Assembly: GCA_964564295.1 (NCBI GenBank) | Contig: CAZMBS010000003.1 | Location: forward strand, 1 to 48,783 | Direction: 5' to 3' | DNA length: 48,783 nt | Source: an uncultured Streptomycetaceae bacterium | GTDB taxonomy: Bacteria; Pseudomonadota; Gammaproteobacteria; Burkholderiales; SG8-41 | Shown here: positions 1 to 8,911 of the stretch, piece by piece | Layout: every line of letters begins with the position of its first letter | Position numbering within the stretch: position 1 is the first letter of the stretch | Notes under the pieces: generated by a model | Told to the model about the DNA's origin: nothing | Seen by the model: only the letters and a program-made list of their open reading frames with translations | The model's database searches: none | Translations under genes and position numbers: made by a program

Positions 1-368
1 GATACCGAGCGCTGCGTGCTGCCGTACGCGACCACAGCCACGTTGCAGATGCCCTGCTGCAGCGCAGCCTGAGCGTGCGAGACGTGCGACATGAACGACG
101 AGCCGCCGATGTTGGTGCCGTCGAACACCTTCGGCTTGATGCGCAGGTATTCCGCGAGCGCCATCGGCGCGGTGCGCACCTGGGACGCCGACGAGAAGAT
201 GCCGTCGACGTCGGAAACGGCGAGCCCGCAGTCGTCGAGCGCGCGCACCGTCGCCTGCGCCATGAGATCCACCGGGCTCGTGCCCGGCGCGACCTGCCCC
301 AGATCGGATTCCGCGGCGCCGACGACGGCGACCGCGCCACGCCGCAGTCCGTTCGATGTGCCTGTCAT
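1..368 (-). CDS. thiolase-like (SCP-x / lipid-transfer type) protein, N-terminal part only; the gene runs off the left edge
   Basis: Not in the ORF track because no stop lies in the window. Hand translation of the reverse strand from ATG 368-366 gives MTGTSNGLRRGAVAVVGAAESDLGQVAPGT... and stays open to position 1. This is a typical N-terminus for the non-canonical thiolases encoded next to DUF35 proteins. Its ATG overlaps the TGA of the upstream DUF35 gene (ATGA at 365-368). Confidence 0.7.
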   Translation of the reverse strand, partial: MTGTSNGLRRGAVAVVGAAESDLGQVAPGTSPVDLMAQATVRALDDCGLAVSDVDGIFSSASQVRTAPMALAEYLRIKPKVFDGTNIGGSSFMSHVSHAQAALQQGICNVAVVAYGSTQRSV

Positions 369-754
369 TTGGCGCCCTCCGCCGGCGTAAACACCGGGTA
401 GGGCGGTTGCTTGTCGTCGCCCGGATGCATTTTCACCTTCACGCGCATGCCGATTTTCACCTGCATGGCATCGATGTCTTCCACCCGGCTCATCATGCGA
501 AAACCCTCGTCGAGGTCGATCATCGCGACGTTGAGCGGCGGTTCACCCTTGTAATACACGATGGTCGTCGCGTAGACCGTGCCGAGACCCTTCGACACAC
601 GCCATTCGAGGTTGGCGCTGCCGGTTTTCGGCGCGACGGCGCGCGGGTAAAACACCGGCGTGTCGTCGTCCGCGCACACCTGATAGGCGAGTTCACCCTT
701 CCTGCAATGCTCGAGATACACCCCGAGCGGGGACTTCTCCATGAGACTGACCAT
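365..754 (-). CDS. DUF35-type OB-fold protein (thiolase partner subunit)
   Basis: 129-aa ORF with the small OB-fold pattern (...GTVYATTIVYYKGEPPLNVAMIDLDEGFRMMSRVEDID...GMRVKVKM). An AAGGAAA Shine-Dalgarno lies about 7 nt upstream of ATG 754. It is translationally coupled to the downstream thiolase-like gene. The zinc-ribbon cysteines look degenerate. Confidence 0.75.
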   Translation of the reverse strand: MVSLMEKSPLGVYLEHCRKGELAYQVCADDDTPVFYPRAVAPKTGSANLEWRVSKGLGTVYATTIVYYKGEPPLNVAMIDLDEGFRMMSRVEDIDAMQVKIGMRVKVKMHPGDDKQPPYPVFTPAEGAK

Positions 755-828
755 GACCGTGGTTTTCCTTTCGATTTGCGGACCATGCGTGCCGGCGGGC
801 GATGCGCTTATCTACCGCGGCAGGCGAC

Positions 829-1848
829 TCACGCCGTAAGTTTCACCGGCCGGAACGCCACACGGTCGTGGATGATGTGCTGATTGAGCAGGTTCGCGCA
901 CGCGGCGATGATCGTGAGCGTGGGCGTCGGAATGTTCGCAAGTCCGCCGAGTTCGACCAGCACGTTGATGATCGCGTCGAGTTCCAGCGTGCGGCCGGCG
1001 CGCACGTCCTGCAGCGTGGACGAGGGGATCGCGACGCGCTTCGCGGCGCTCGCGACGAGCGCGTCGGGATCGGCATCGAGCGGGCATCCGACCGCGCCGG
1101 CGACCGCGATCACCTCGCGCATCATCGCGGCGGCGACGGGGCCGGTGCCGGCGAACGCGCCGATATCCTTCGCCGTCGACTGCGTCACCGACCCGATGGT
1201 GTTCCACACTGCGTTCGACAGCAGCTTGTTCCACTTGACCTTGCGGATGTCCTCGGAAATCCTCCCGGGCCACCCGGCGTTGCCGGTGATCTTGGCGATC
1301 GCGTTCAGACGCGGCGTGACGGTGTTGTCGATCTCGCCGATGGTGATCGCATCGGTGTCGCCATCGGCCAGCCGGATGCGGCCCGGCTCCACGAGATCGG
1401 ACGGTTTGAACGCCGTGCCGCCGATGATGTTGCGGCTCTCGAACGTGCGGGACAGCACGCCGTCCGGATCGAGCGTCTTCAGTTTCGTGCCGCGATAGCG
1501 CGATTCGATGCCGTCGAAATACCACCAGGGAATGCCGTTCTGCGGGAAAACGAACATCGCGTCGGCCCCGCCGAGCGCGCGGATATGCTGCGCGGCCGGC
1601 GCGAGCTGGTGCGACTTGAGCGTGACGAACACGAGATCGTAGGGCGGCTTTTCCTCGCCGGGCCGCACCGCGCGCACCTTGACGGGATCAGGACGGCCGC
1701 TTTTCGGGCCTTCGAGGATGATGCCGCGCGAGGACAACGCGTCGTACTGCGCGCCGCGCGCAACGAGCGTCACGTCCTCGCCCGCCGCCGCGAGCACCGC
1801 ACCGAGATATCCGCCGATCGCGCCGGCGCCGTAGACCAGTATTTTCAT
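829..1848 (-). CDS. 2-dehydropantoate 2-reductase family (PanE/ApbA-like) NAD(P)H oxidoreductase
   Basis: 339-aa ORF. The N-terminal Rossmann motif is MKILVYGAGAIGGYLG. Length and layout are typical of ketopantoate-reductase-family proteins. Only 1 nt separates it from the upstream Bug gene stop. Confidence 0.8.
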   Translation of the reverse strand: MKILVYGAGAIGGYLGAVLAAAGEDVTLVARGAQYDALSSRGIILEGPKSGRPDPVKVRAVRPGEEKPPYDLVFVTLKSHQLAPAAQHIRALGGADAMFVFPQNGIPWWYFDGIESRYRGTKLKTLDPDGVLSRTFESRNIIGGTAFKPSDLVEPGRIRLADGDTDAITIGEIDNTVTPRLNAIAKITGNAGWPGRISEDIRKVKWNKLLSNAVWNTIGSVTQSTAKDIGAFAGTGPVAAAMMREVIAVAGAVGCPLDADPDALVASAAKRVAIPSSTLQDVRAGRTLELDAIINVLVELGGLANIPTPTLTIIAACANLLNQHIIHDRVAFRPVKLTA

Positions 1849-1849
1849 G

Positions 1850-2818
1850 TCATTCCACCCTGATGTTTGCGTCGCGGATCGCCTTGCCCCACTTGGCGAT
1901 GTCGTCGCGCATCTGCTGCGCGAACTCCGATTGCGTGTTGGCGATGACTTCGAAGCCGAGCGCGGCCATGCGATCCTTGACGTCCGGCATCTGCATGATT
2001 TTCATGATCTCGGCATGCACGCGGTCGACGACGGGCTTCGGCGTGCCTGCCGGGAACAGCACGCCCTGCTTGGTATCCGACTCGAGCCCGGGCACGCCCG
2101 ACTCCACCGTCGTCGGCACCTCGGGCAGGCCGCCCGAGCGCTTTGCCGCGGTGACCGCGATGCCGCGCAGCGTGCCGGCCTTGATGTGCGGCGACGCGGG
2201 CGGCACGGCGGTGATGCCGACCGTCACCTGGTTCGCGAGCATGGCCTGGATCACGGGTCCCGCGCCGGCGTACGGAATGTGCGCGAGATCGATTTTCTGC
2301 GTGAGCCGCAGCAGTTCACCCGACAGGTGCGGCGTCGTGCCCGCTCCCGGCGACGCGAAATTGAATTTTCCGGGCTGCGCGCGCACGAGCGCGATCAGGT
2401 CCTTCAATCCCTTGAACGGCTGCGACGGATGTGCGGTGATCACGTTGGGCGAGGCCGCCGCGCAGGTTACCGGCACGAAATCCCTGACGGGGTCGAAGCC
2501 GGGATTCCTGTAGAGACTCGGATTCACCATGAGGCTCGAACTCACGAGCAGGATGGTATGGCCGTCGGGCGCGGCGCGCGCCGCGAGCGCCATGCCGATG
2601 TTGCCGCCGGCGCCGGCGCGGTTGTCGATCACGACCTGTTGTCCGAGCGTATCCGTGAGTTTTGCCGCCATCACGCGGCCGATGATGTCGGTGGGGCCGC
2701 CGGGCGCGAACGGCACGATCATGCGGATCGGGCGTGCCGGGTACGGCTGCGCCCCGACGGCGCCCGCAGCGCCGCACAGCGCGAGCGCAACGCCCGCGAT
2801 CCTGCTGCGAGATGTCAT
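1850..2818 (-). CDS. Bug/TctC-family periplasmic substrate-binding protein
   Basis: Signal peptide MTSRSRIAGVALALCGAAGAVGAQ. Bug blocks PIRMIVPFAPGGPTD, VIDNRAGAGGNIG, PDGHTILL, PGKFNFASPGAGTTPHLSGE and HIPYAG. The start is set at the ATG at 2818 (AGGAAA Shine-Dalgarno upstream) rather than the longer ORF-track start at 2854. Confidence 0.9.
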   Translation of the reverse strand: MTSRSRIAGVALALCGAAGAVGAQPYPARPIRMIVPFAPGGPTDIIGRVMAAKLTDTLGQQVVIDNRAGAGGNIGMALAARAAPDGHTILLVSSSLMVNPSLYRNPGFDPVRDFVPVTCAAASPNVITAHPSQPFKGLKDLIALVRAQPGKFNFASPGAGTTPHLSGELLRLTQKIDLAHIPYAGAGPVIQAMLANQVTVGITAVPPASPHIKAGTLRGIAVTAAKRSGGLPEVPTTVESGVPGLESDTKQGVLFPAGTPKPVVDRVHAEIMKIMQMPDVKDRMAALGFEVIANTQSEFAQQMRDDIAKWGKAIRDANIRVE

Positions 2819-2852
2819 GGGATTTCCTGGGTATTGAACGAGAGCGACCCGC

Positions 2853-2858
2853 ATTATA
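2853..2858 (-). promoter_or_regulatory. possible internal -10 box (TATAAT on the minus strand) upstream of the Bug gene at 2818
   Basis: A perfect TATAAT hexamer on the minus strand, 35 nt upstream of ATG 2818, sits in the 57-bp gap between two Bug genes. I see no convincing -35. Confidence 0.25.
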
Positions 2859-2875
2859 TGCGCGGTCGCGGCCGA

Positions 2876-3868
2876 TCAGTGCGGCTTCATGCCGATCATC
2901 TTGATGACCTTGCCCCAACGCTCCCACTCGTTGTCGATTTTGGCCGCCAGCGCGGGCGGCGTGAGATGTTCGAGGATGACGCCGGCCGCGATGAGTTTCG
3001 GCTCGACGTCGGGCGAGCTCACCGCCTTGATCGATTCCCGGTTCAGTTGGCCGATCACGCCCTGCGGCGTGCCTGCGGTCGCGAATACCGCGTACCAGGA
3101 ACCGACGTCGTAACCGGGGACGATTTCCGCCATCGCCGGTGTCTCCGGCAGCTGCGGCACGCGCTTCGGGCTCGTCACGCCGAGCACGCGCACCTGCTTC
3201 TGGCGGATGTAGGGCAGCCCCGACGACAGACCCGAGATCAGCATTTCGATTTCACCGGACATCAGCCCGATCAATGCGGGGCCCGCCCCCTTGTACGGCA
3301 CGTGCACGATGTTGACACCGGCGAGCATCTTGAGCATTTCACCGGCGAGGTGGCCGGTGGCGCCCAGCCCCGACGAACCGAAATTGATCTTGCCGGGACG
3401 CGCTTTCACGAGCGCGATGAATTCCTTCAGCGTTCCGGCGGGCAGCGGCGGGTGCACCATCAGCGCGAGCGGACTGTTGCCGATCAGCGCGACCGCTGCG
3501 AGGTCCCGGCGCGCGTCGTAGGACAGCCTGATGAGATGCGGCGCGATCGCGATCGTGCCGTTCGCCGCGACCACGAGCGTGTAACCGTCGGCCGGCGCGC
3601 GTGCCGTGATTTCGCCGGCGATGCTGCCGCCCGCGCCGGGGCGGTTGTCGATCACGAACTGCTGGCCCGTCAGTTCCGACATCTTCGTGCCGTAAATGCG
3701 CGCCGCCACGTCGGTCGGGCCGCCCGCCGCCTGCGCGACGAGGACCCGTACCGGGCGCGAAGGATAGGCGGCTTCCGTCGCGGCGCGCGATTTTTGCTGC
3801 GCAACGGCCGGCCAGGCGGCAGCGAGTATCAGCGCCGCGACGACGCAGCGTCCCGTGTTATCCGGCAT
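2876..3868 (-). CDS. Bug/TctC-family periplasmic substrate-binding protein
   Basis: The real start is the internal ATG at 3868 (MPDNTGRCVVAALILAAAWPAVAQ signal peptide). Bug blocks PVRVLVAQAAGGPTD, VIDNRPGAGGSI, PDGYTLVV, PGKINFGSSGLGATGHLAGE and HVPYKGAGPA. It overlaps the PrpD-like stop by 11 nt. Confidence 0.9.
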   Translation of the reverse strand: MPDNTGRCVVAALILAAAWPAVAQQKSRAATEAAYPSRPVRVLVAQAAGGPTDVAARIYGTKMSELTGQQFVIDNRPGAGGSIAGEITARAPADGYTLVVAANGTIAIAPHLIRLSYDARRDLAAVALIGNSPLALMVHPPLPAGTLKEFIALVKARPGKINFGSSGLGATGHLAGEMLKMLAGVNIVHVPYKGAGPALIGLMSGEIEMLISGLSSGLPYIRQKQVRVLGVTSPKRVPQLPETPAMAEIVPGYDVGSWYAVFATAGTPQGVIGQLNRESIKAVSSPDVEPKLIAAGVILEHLTPPALAAKIDNEWERWGKVIKMIGMKPH

Positions 3869-5273
3869 GCATGCCCTCCGTGCGTCGTGTCGCAACCGCG
3901 CCGTGCGCCGGCGTCCCGAGCAGCGCGGCGAGCGCGCGCACGGACGCGATTTTCTCGAGGGCATCGAGCATGGCGCCCAGCTCGGCAACCTGCGTTCGCG
4001 GCAATACCCGCGCGGCGCAATTGTCGAACTTCGCGCGCAACTGCGGCGGGGCAATCGGGTTGTCGGCGGTGCGCCCGAGCTGAATGTCCACCCGGTCGGC
4101 ATCCGCCGTACCGTCGGTAAACGTGACTTTCACTTCCGCGCCGAAATGATTGTCGGCGGGAAATTGTCCCGGCAGATGCACCGCGGAGCGCACGCGCGGC
4201 AGCAGCGTGGCCACACGCGCATCGCGCCACGCCTCGCCCTCGAAATGCGCGATAACGATTTCGCCGTCGACGAGCGCGCGCGCGACGCAGTACTGCACGC
4301 TGAATTTCGCATCGAGGTTGTCGCGCGGGTCGGGGCGGTTCGTATGCGCGAGCCGCCGCGCGGGCGTCCAGGTTTCGACCTTTGCGATGCGCGCAGGATC
4401 GATTTTTCCACCGTGGCGCGCGGCGATCCGGAAGGTCGCGTCGAGCGCGGCGTGTGTCGCCGCGCAGCACGGATATTGTTTGTAGCCTGCGCCCGGCGCC
4501 ACGATATCCAGCGGCGCGCCCCAATTCTCGAGAATCCGCCTGCTGTCGTAATTTCCCAAGCCGTTGAATACATTGAAGAATCCCTGCTTGTGTTCCAGCG
4601 CGTCGGGACTGGCAGAGTAGCCCGCACGCGCGAGCAGCACCGCCATGAGCCCGTTGCGCGCGCAGTGGCCCACATGCAGCGGCTTTACCATGGTGCCGAA
4701 ATTCGCCTTGATGCCTCCTGCAAGCGACGCGCTGATCGCGAGCGCGACCTCGGTCTGCGCGGCGGTCAATCGCAGCAGGCTCGCGCATGCCCCGGCGACC
4801 GCGAACGTGCCGAGCGTCGAGGTCGGATGCCAGCCTTTCTCGTAGTGATGGAAATTCACGCCGCGGCCGATGCGCGTGCCGGTTTCGAAGCCGGCGGTGT
4901 GGGCGAGGACCAGGTCGCGGCCGGTGCCGCCGTACGCTTCCGCCGCCGCGAGCAGTGCCGGCACCATGGTCGCGGAGACGTGGCCGCCCATGCTGTTGCT
5001 GCCGTTGTCGAAGTCGAGCGCGTGCGCCGCGGTGCCGTTCACGAGCGCGGCATCGAGCGCGCCGGCGCGCCGGGCCGTGCCCGCAATCGTGCAGGGTCCG
5101 TCGCCCGACGCAACAAGATCGCGCGCGATCCGGGGCGCGTCCTCGTGCGCGCCCGCAAGCAGGCAGCCCACGGTATCCATGACGGCGATGCGCGACCCGT
5201 ACACGGCCTGCGGCGGCAGATCCTCGTAGCGCAGGGCCACGATGCGGTCGGCAATTTCACGCGCGAGTCCCAT
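3858..5273 (-). CDS. MmgE/PrpD-family protein (2-methylcitrate-dehydratase-like)
   Basis: 471-aa ORF with family-typical runs: LDAALVNGTAAHALDFDN, GWHPTSTLG, GGIKANFGTMVKPLHVGHCARNG, YKQYPCCAATHAALDA and LDAKFSVQYCVARAL. A close paralog lies at 16114-17502. Confidence 0.9.
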   Translation of the reverse strand: MGLAREIADRIVALRYEDLPPQAVYGSRIAVMDTVGCLLAGAHEDAPRIARDLVASGDGPCTIAGTARRAGALDAALVNGTAAHALDFDNGSNSMGGHVSATMVPALLAAAEAYGGTGRDLVLAHTAGFETGTRIGRGVNFHHYEKGWHPTSTLGTFAVAGACASLLRLTAAQTEVALAISASLAGGIKANFGTMVKPLHVGHCARNGLMAVLLARAGYSASPDALEHKQGFFNVFNGLGNYDSRRILENWGAPLDIVAPGAGYKQYPCCAATHAALDATFRIAARHGGKIDPARIAKVETWTPARRLAHTNRPDPRDNLDAKFSVQYCVARALVDGEIVIAHFEGEAWRDARVATLLPRVRSAVHLPGQFPADNHFGAEVKVTFTDGTADADRVDIQLGRTADNPIAPPQLRAKFDNCAARVLPRTQVAELGAMLDALEKIASVRALAALLGTPAHGAVATRRTEGMHAG

Positions 5274-5304
5274 TGCCGCAGTGTTGTGCAGGTCCCCGGA
5301 TCCG

Positions 5305-6921
5305 TCAAGCCGGGTCGGTCAGGCCAAGATCGGCGAGCGCGTGCGCGCGCAGCCTGTTTTTCTGCACCTTGGCGCTGCCGGTCATGCCGATAGGCTCGAA
5401 GGAATCCACGATTCTCACGTGGCGCGGCACCCGGAAGTTTGCCATGCGGGCGCGGGCCCAGTCGATGATGGCTTCGGGCGTCGCGTCGTGGCCGTCCTTC
5501 AGGATCACGTACGCGGCAGGCACTTCGACGAGCCGCGGATCGGGCACGCCGACGACCTGTGCCTGCCGGATCGCGGGATGCCGGTGCAGCACGTCTTCCA
5601 CCTCGGCCGGGGCCACGTTTTCGCCGCCGACGCGAAACACATCCTTCAGCCGCGTGATGAAGCGGGCGCGGCCTTCGCCGTCGACGACGCCGAGGTCGCC
5701 GGTATGGAGCCAGCCGTCGCGATCGATCGCCTTCGCCGTCTGCTCCGGATTGCGGTAATACCCCTGCATCACGCTCCAGCCGCGCACGAGGATCTCACCG
5801 GGCTCGTGCGGGCCGCACACGCGCCCGGATTCCGGATCGGCGACCCGCAGTTCCACGCCGTCGAGCGGATGGCCCCAGCCCGCCAGGCGCTTGTCGAGCG
5901 CATCGTGATGCCAGGACATGAACACGTTGGGCGAGGCTTCGGAAAGTCCGTAGGCGCTGCAGACGCCGCGCATGCCCATGCGCGCGACGATGCTGCGCGA
6001 GACTTCTTCGCCGCAGGATGCCCAGCCGCCGCGCAGCGCAAGCGGCCGGCGCGCGAAATCCGGGTGGCTCATCAGCATCAGAAACATCGTGTCGTTGCCG
6101 GAGGTGTGCGTGCAGCGCTCGGTGCTCATGACGCGCAGCGCCTCGCCCGCATCGAAATGCGGCGACGAGTACAGGCACGCGCCGGTCGCGAGCGCCGCGA
6201 GCAGCGACAACGTCGTGCCGGCAACGTGGTAGAACGGCCGCGCGCTGTAATAGCGGTCGCCCGCATGAAGGTCGAATCGTTCGGCGACGTAGGCGGCGTT
6301 GCGCAGCATGTTGTCGTGCGTGAGCATCACGCCTTTCGGATACGACGTCGTTCCGGAAGTGAACTGCATCAGCAGCACATCGTCCGGCGTGGCGCCGTCC
6401 TCCTGCGCGGGCGCCTGCCGCGCCGATGCCGCGATCAATCGATCGTGATGGATCGCGCCCGGCGGCACAACGGAGCCGTGCACGACGACGTGTTCGAGCC
6501 GCGGCAGCGCGGCGTCCGGCAGCGCGCGTTCGACGGCCGGACAGATGCCGCGCAGCATGGCGATGAAATCGATGTTGAGAAACCGGTCGGCGACGTACAG
6601 CAGCTTCACGTCCGCCTGCTTCAGGCAATACGCGAATTCATCCGCCTTGAAGCGCGTGTTGACCGGAACGGTGACCGCGCCGACCGTCGCGGCGGCGTAG
6701 AAAAAAACGACCCATTCCGGCGTGTTGCCCATGCAGACGGCGACATGGTCGCCACGCCGGATGCCGAGCGCGTGCAGGCCGCGCGCGAGCCGCCCGACGT
6801 CCGCCCGCAGCGCCGCCCACGTCCGCCGGCTGTCGCCGATGACGAGCGCCGCATGATCGGGCCAGGTGTCCGCCCCGCGCGCGAGCGCCTGCGCGAGCGT
6901 CTGCCGTTCCCAGTGCGCCAG
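5305..6921 (-). CDS. AMP-dependent synthetase/ligase (acyl-CoA synthetase family); proposed CTG start at 6921 (the conservative ATG-start version is 5305-6732)
   Basis: AMP-binding motifs FTSGTTSYPKGV, YGLSEASP, WLHTGDLG, GRARFITRLKDVFRVGGENVAP and GSAKVQKNRL. Family-typical N-terminal sequence (TLAQALARGADTWPDHAALVIGDSRRTWAALRADVGRLARGLHALGIRRGDHVAV) continues in frame upstream of the first ATG. That stretch contains no ATG, GTG or TTG. Confidence 0.85.
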   Translation of the reverse strand: MAHWERQTLAQALARGADTWPDHAALVIGDSRRTWAALRADVGRLARGLHALGIRRGDHVAVCMGNTPEWVVFFYAAATVGAVTVPVNTRFKADEFAYCLKQADVKLLYVADRFLNIDFIAMLRGICPAVERALPDAALPRLEHVVVHGSVVPPGAIHHDRLIAASARQAPAQEDGATPDDVLLMQFTSGTTSYPKGVMLTHDNMLRNAAYVAERFDLHAGDRYYSARPFYHVAGTTLSLLAALATGACLYSSPHFDAGEALRVMSTERCTHTSGNDTMFLMLMSHPDFARRPLALRGGWASCGEEVSRSIVARMGMRGVCSAYGLSEASPNVFMSWHHDALDKRLAGWGHPLDGVELRVADPESGRVCGPHEPGEILVRGWSVMQGYYRNPEQTAKAIDRDGWLHTGDLGVVDGEGRARFITRLKDVFRVGGENVAPAEVEDVLHRHPAIRQAQVVGVPDPRLVEVPAAYVILKDGHDATPEAIIDWARARMANFRVPRHVRIVDSFEPIGMTGSAKVQKNRLRAHALADLGLTDPA

Positions 6922-6945
6922 CTTGCAGTCCTCCTGCGTTGCGGC

Positions 6946-7923
6946 TCACTCGGGCTTGATGCCCGCTTCCTTCACGACGCGCGCCCATTTCGCGGTTTCG
7001 GACGCGATGTATTTTCCGAGCTGGTCGGGCGCCATTTCCAGCGCTTCCGCGCCTTCGGACGTGAAGCGCTTGCGGGTTTCGGCGGTCTTGAGTATCGCGG
7101 AGATTTCGGTGTTGAGTTTGCGCACGATGTCGGGCGCGGTTCCGGCCGGCGCGAGTATGCCCCACCAATTGTTCGCCTCGTACCCCTTGAGCCCGCCCTC
7201 GGCGATCGTCGGCACGTCCGGCAGCACGGTCACGCGTTTCGCGCCGCCGGTGCCGAGCACCTTCAGTTTGCCGGAGCCGAAATGCGGCATCAGCTGGATC
7301 AGCGACCCGGTGCAGAACTGGGTCTGGCCGGAGATCACGTCGATCATCGCGGGCCCGCCGCCCTTGAACGGCACATGCACCACGTTGATGCCGGCCATGA
7401 TGCGAAAGAGTTCGCTGCCGAGATGCTGGAACGACCCGATGCCCGCCGAGGCGTAATTGAGCTGTCCGGGTTTCGATTTCGCGAAGGCGATGAATTCCTT
7501 CACGGTTTTCGCGGGCAGCGACGGGTGCACCGCGAGTGCGTTGGGTCCGGTGCCGAGCATCGCGACCGGCGCGAACGACTTCGCCGGATCGTACGGCAGA
7601 CGCGAGTACATCGAGGTGTTGAACGCATAGGCGACCGAGATGATCAGCAGCGTGTGGCCGTCCGGCGGCGACTTTGCCGCGAGTTCGGTGCCGATCACGC
7701 CGCCCGCGCCGCCGCGGTTGTCGACGACGAACTGCCTGCCGAGGCGCTCGGTCAGTTGCTGCGCGATCATGCGGCCGACGATATCGTTGCTGCCGCCCGG
7801 CGGGAACGGAATGATCACGCGCACGGATTTTTGCGGGTAGTCCTGCGCGGACGCGGGAAGCGCGGCGGCCGATCCGCCGAGCATCGCGGCCAGTACGGCG
7901 ATGGTTGTTCTGCATGGCATCAT
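6946..7923 (-). CDS. Bug/TctC-family periplasmic substrate-binding protein
   Basis: 325-aa ORF with signal peptide MMPCRTTIAVLAAMLGGSAAALPASAQ. Bug blocks VRVIIPFPPGGSND, VVDNRGGAGGVIG, PDGHTLLI, PGQLNYASAGIGSFQHLGSE and HVPFKGGGPA. Confidence 0.92.
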   Translation of the reverse strand: MMPCRTTIAVLAAMLGGSAAALPASAQDYPQKSVRVIIPFPPGGSNDIVGRMIAQQLTERLGRQFVVDNRGGAGGVIGTELAAKSPPDGHTLLIISVAYAFNTSMYSRLPYDPAKSFAPVAMLGTGPNALAVHPSLPAKTVKEFIAFAKSKPGQLNYASAGIGSFQHLGSELFRIMAGINVVHVPFKGGGPAMIDVISGQTQFCTGSLIQLMPHFGSGKLKVLGTGGAKRVTVLPDVPTIAEGGLKGYEANNWWGILAPAGTAPDIVRKLNTEISAILKTAETRKRFTSEGAEALEMAPDQLGKYIASETAKWARVVKEAGIKPE

Positions 7924-7939
7924 GAAATTCTCCTGGTGA

Positions 7940-8911
7940 TCAATCCGCTTTCATGCCCGTTGCCTTGACGAGTTTCGCCCACTTCGCGATCTCGGCCCGG
8001 ATGAAAGCGTGAAATTGTTCGGGTGTGCCGGGGGCCGGTTCCGCACCGAGTCCGGAAAGCCGTTCGGCGACCTCCGGCAGCCGCAGCATGCGCGTGACCT
8101 CGGTGTTCAGGCGCGAGACGATCTCGCGCGGGGTCGCCGCCGGCGCGAGCAGTCCGTACCAGCCGCTCGCGCTGTAGCCGGGGAGCCCGCTTTCGGCGAT
8201 GGTCGGCAGCTCGGGCATGCGTTTCGAGCGCTGCGCGCCGGTGACCGCGAGCGGGCGCACCTTGCCGGCCGCAATCTGCGGCAGCACGATCAGCGTATTC
8301 TCGAAATTGAAGTCCACTTCGCCGGACAGCAGCGCCGTCAGCGCGGGCGCGCTGCCCTTGTACGGCACGTGCACGATGTCGACCCGGCCCATCATTTTCA
8401 GCAACTCACCGGCGAGATGCGGCGCGGTGCCGGCGCCGGACGAGCCGTAATTGAGACGTCCCGGCCGCGCTGCGGCGAGCGCGAGCAGCGCCTTCACCGA
8501 CGCTGCGGGCACCGACGGATGCACCGCGAGGATGTTGGTCACGCTGACGGATTGCGTGATCGGCGCGAGATCGCGCAGCGTGTCGTAGCCGAGTCGGGGA
8601 TTGAGGCTCGGCGACACGGCGAGGCCGCCGATCGTTCCCATGACGAGCGTGTAGCCGTCCGGCGCGGATTTCGCGACGTGTTCGGTGCCGGCGACGCCAC
8701 CCGCGCCCGCGCGATTGTCGGTGACGATCTGTTGCCCGAGCGCCTCCGCGAGGCGGGGCGCAATCGTGCGCACGACCACGTCCGTCGGGCCACCGGGCGG
8801 AAACGGCACCACGATGCGCACCGGCTTCACGGGATACGACTGGGCGGGCGATCCGGCGGCGGCTAGCGCGAGCACGGCCGCAAGCATGGTCGCGGGCAGA
8901 TCGGTCCTCAT
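7940..8911 (-). CDS. Bug/TctC-family periplasmic substrate-binding protein
   Basis: The real start is ATG 8911 (MRTDLPATMLAAVLALAAAGSPAQS), forming an ATGA overlap with the upstream Bug stop. Bug blocks PVRIVVPFPPGGPTD, VTDNRAGAGGVAG, PDGYTLVM, PGRLNYGSSGAGTAPHLAGE and HVPYKGSAPA. The upstream 266 codons of the track ORF are Arg-rich junk. Confidence 0.9.
   Translation of the reverse strand: MRTDLPATMLAAVLALAAAGSPAQSYPVKPVRIVVPFPPGGPTDVVVRTIAPRLAEALGQQIVTDNRAGAGGVAGTEHVAKSAPDGYTLVMGTIGGLAVSPSLNPRLGYDTLRDLAPITQSVSVTNILAVHPSVPAASVKALLALAAARPGRLNYGSSGAGTAPHLAGELLKMMGRVDIVHVPYKGSAPALTALLSGEVDFNFENTLIVLPQIAAGKVRPLAVTGAQRSKRMPELPTIAESGLPGYSASGWYGLLAPAATPREIVSRLNTEVTRMLRLPEVAERLSGLGAEPAPGTPEQFHAFIRAEIAKWAKLVKATGMKAD

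Noticed and set aside
1847-4120. Long plus-strand ORFs antisense to the Bug, PrpD and ligase genes (for example 1847-4120, 5242-7968, 3855-5393, 9917-10999, 27200-29089 minus, 10979-12949 minus, 35066-36304)
   Set aside because: Same reasoning. The composition is low-complexity Arg/Gly/Ala/Asp, there are no motifs, and each is fully shadowed by a well-supported gene on the other strand.
6922-7923. Stop-codon read-through fusing the Bug protein (6946-7923) to the in-frame ligase
   Set aside because: The same frame could be coincidence (a 1-in-3 chance). A periplasmic binding protein fused to a cytoplasmic ATP-dependent ligase makes no topological sense. A strong Shine-Dalgarno plus CTG directly after the stop explains the data better.
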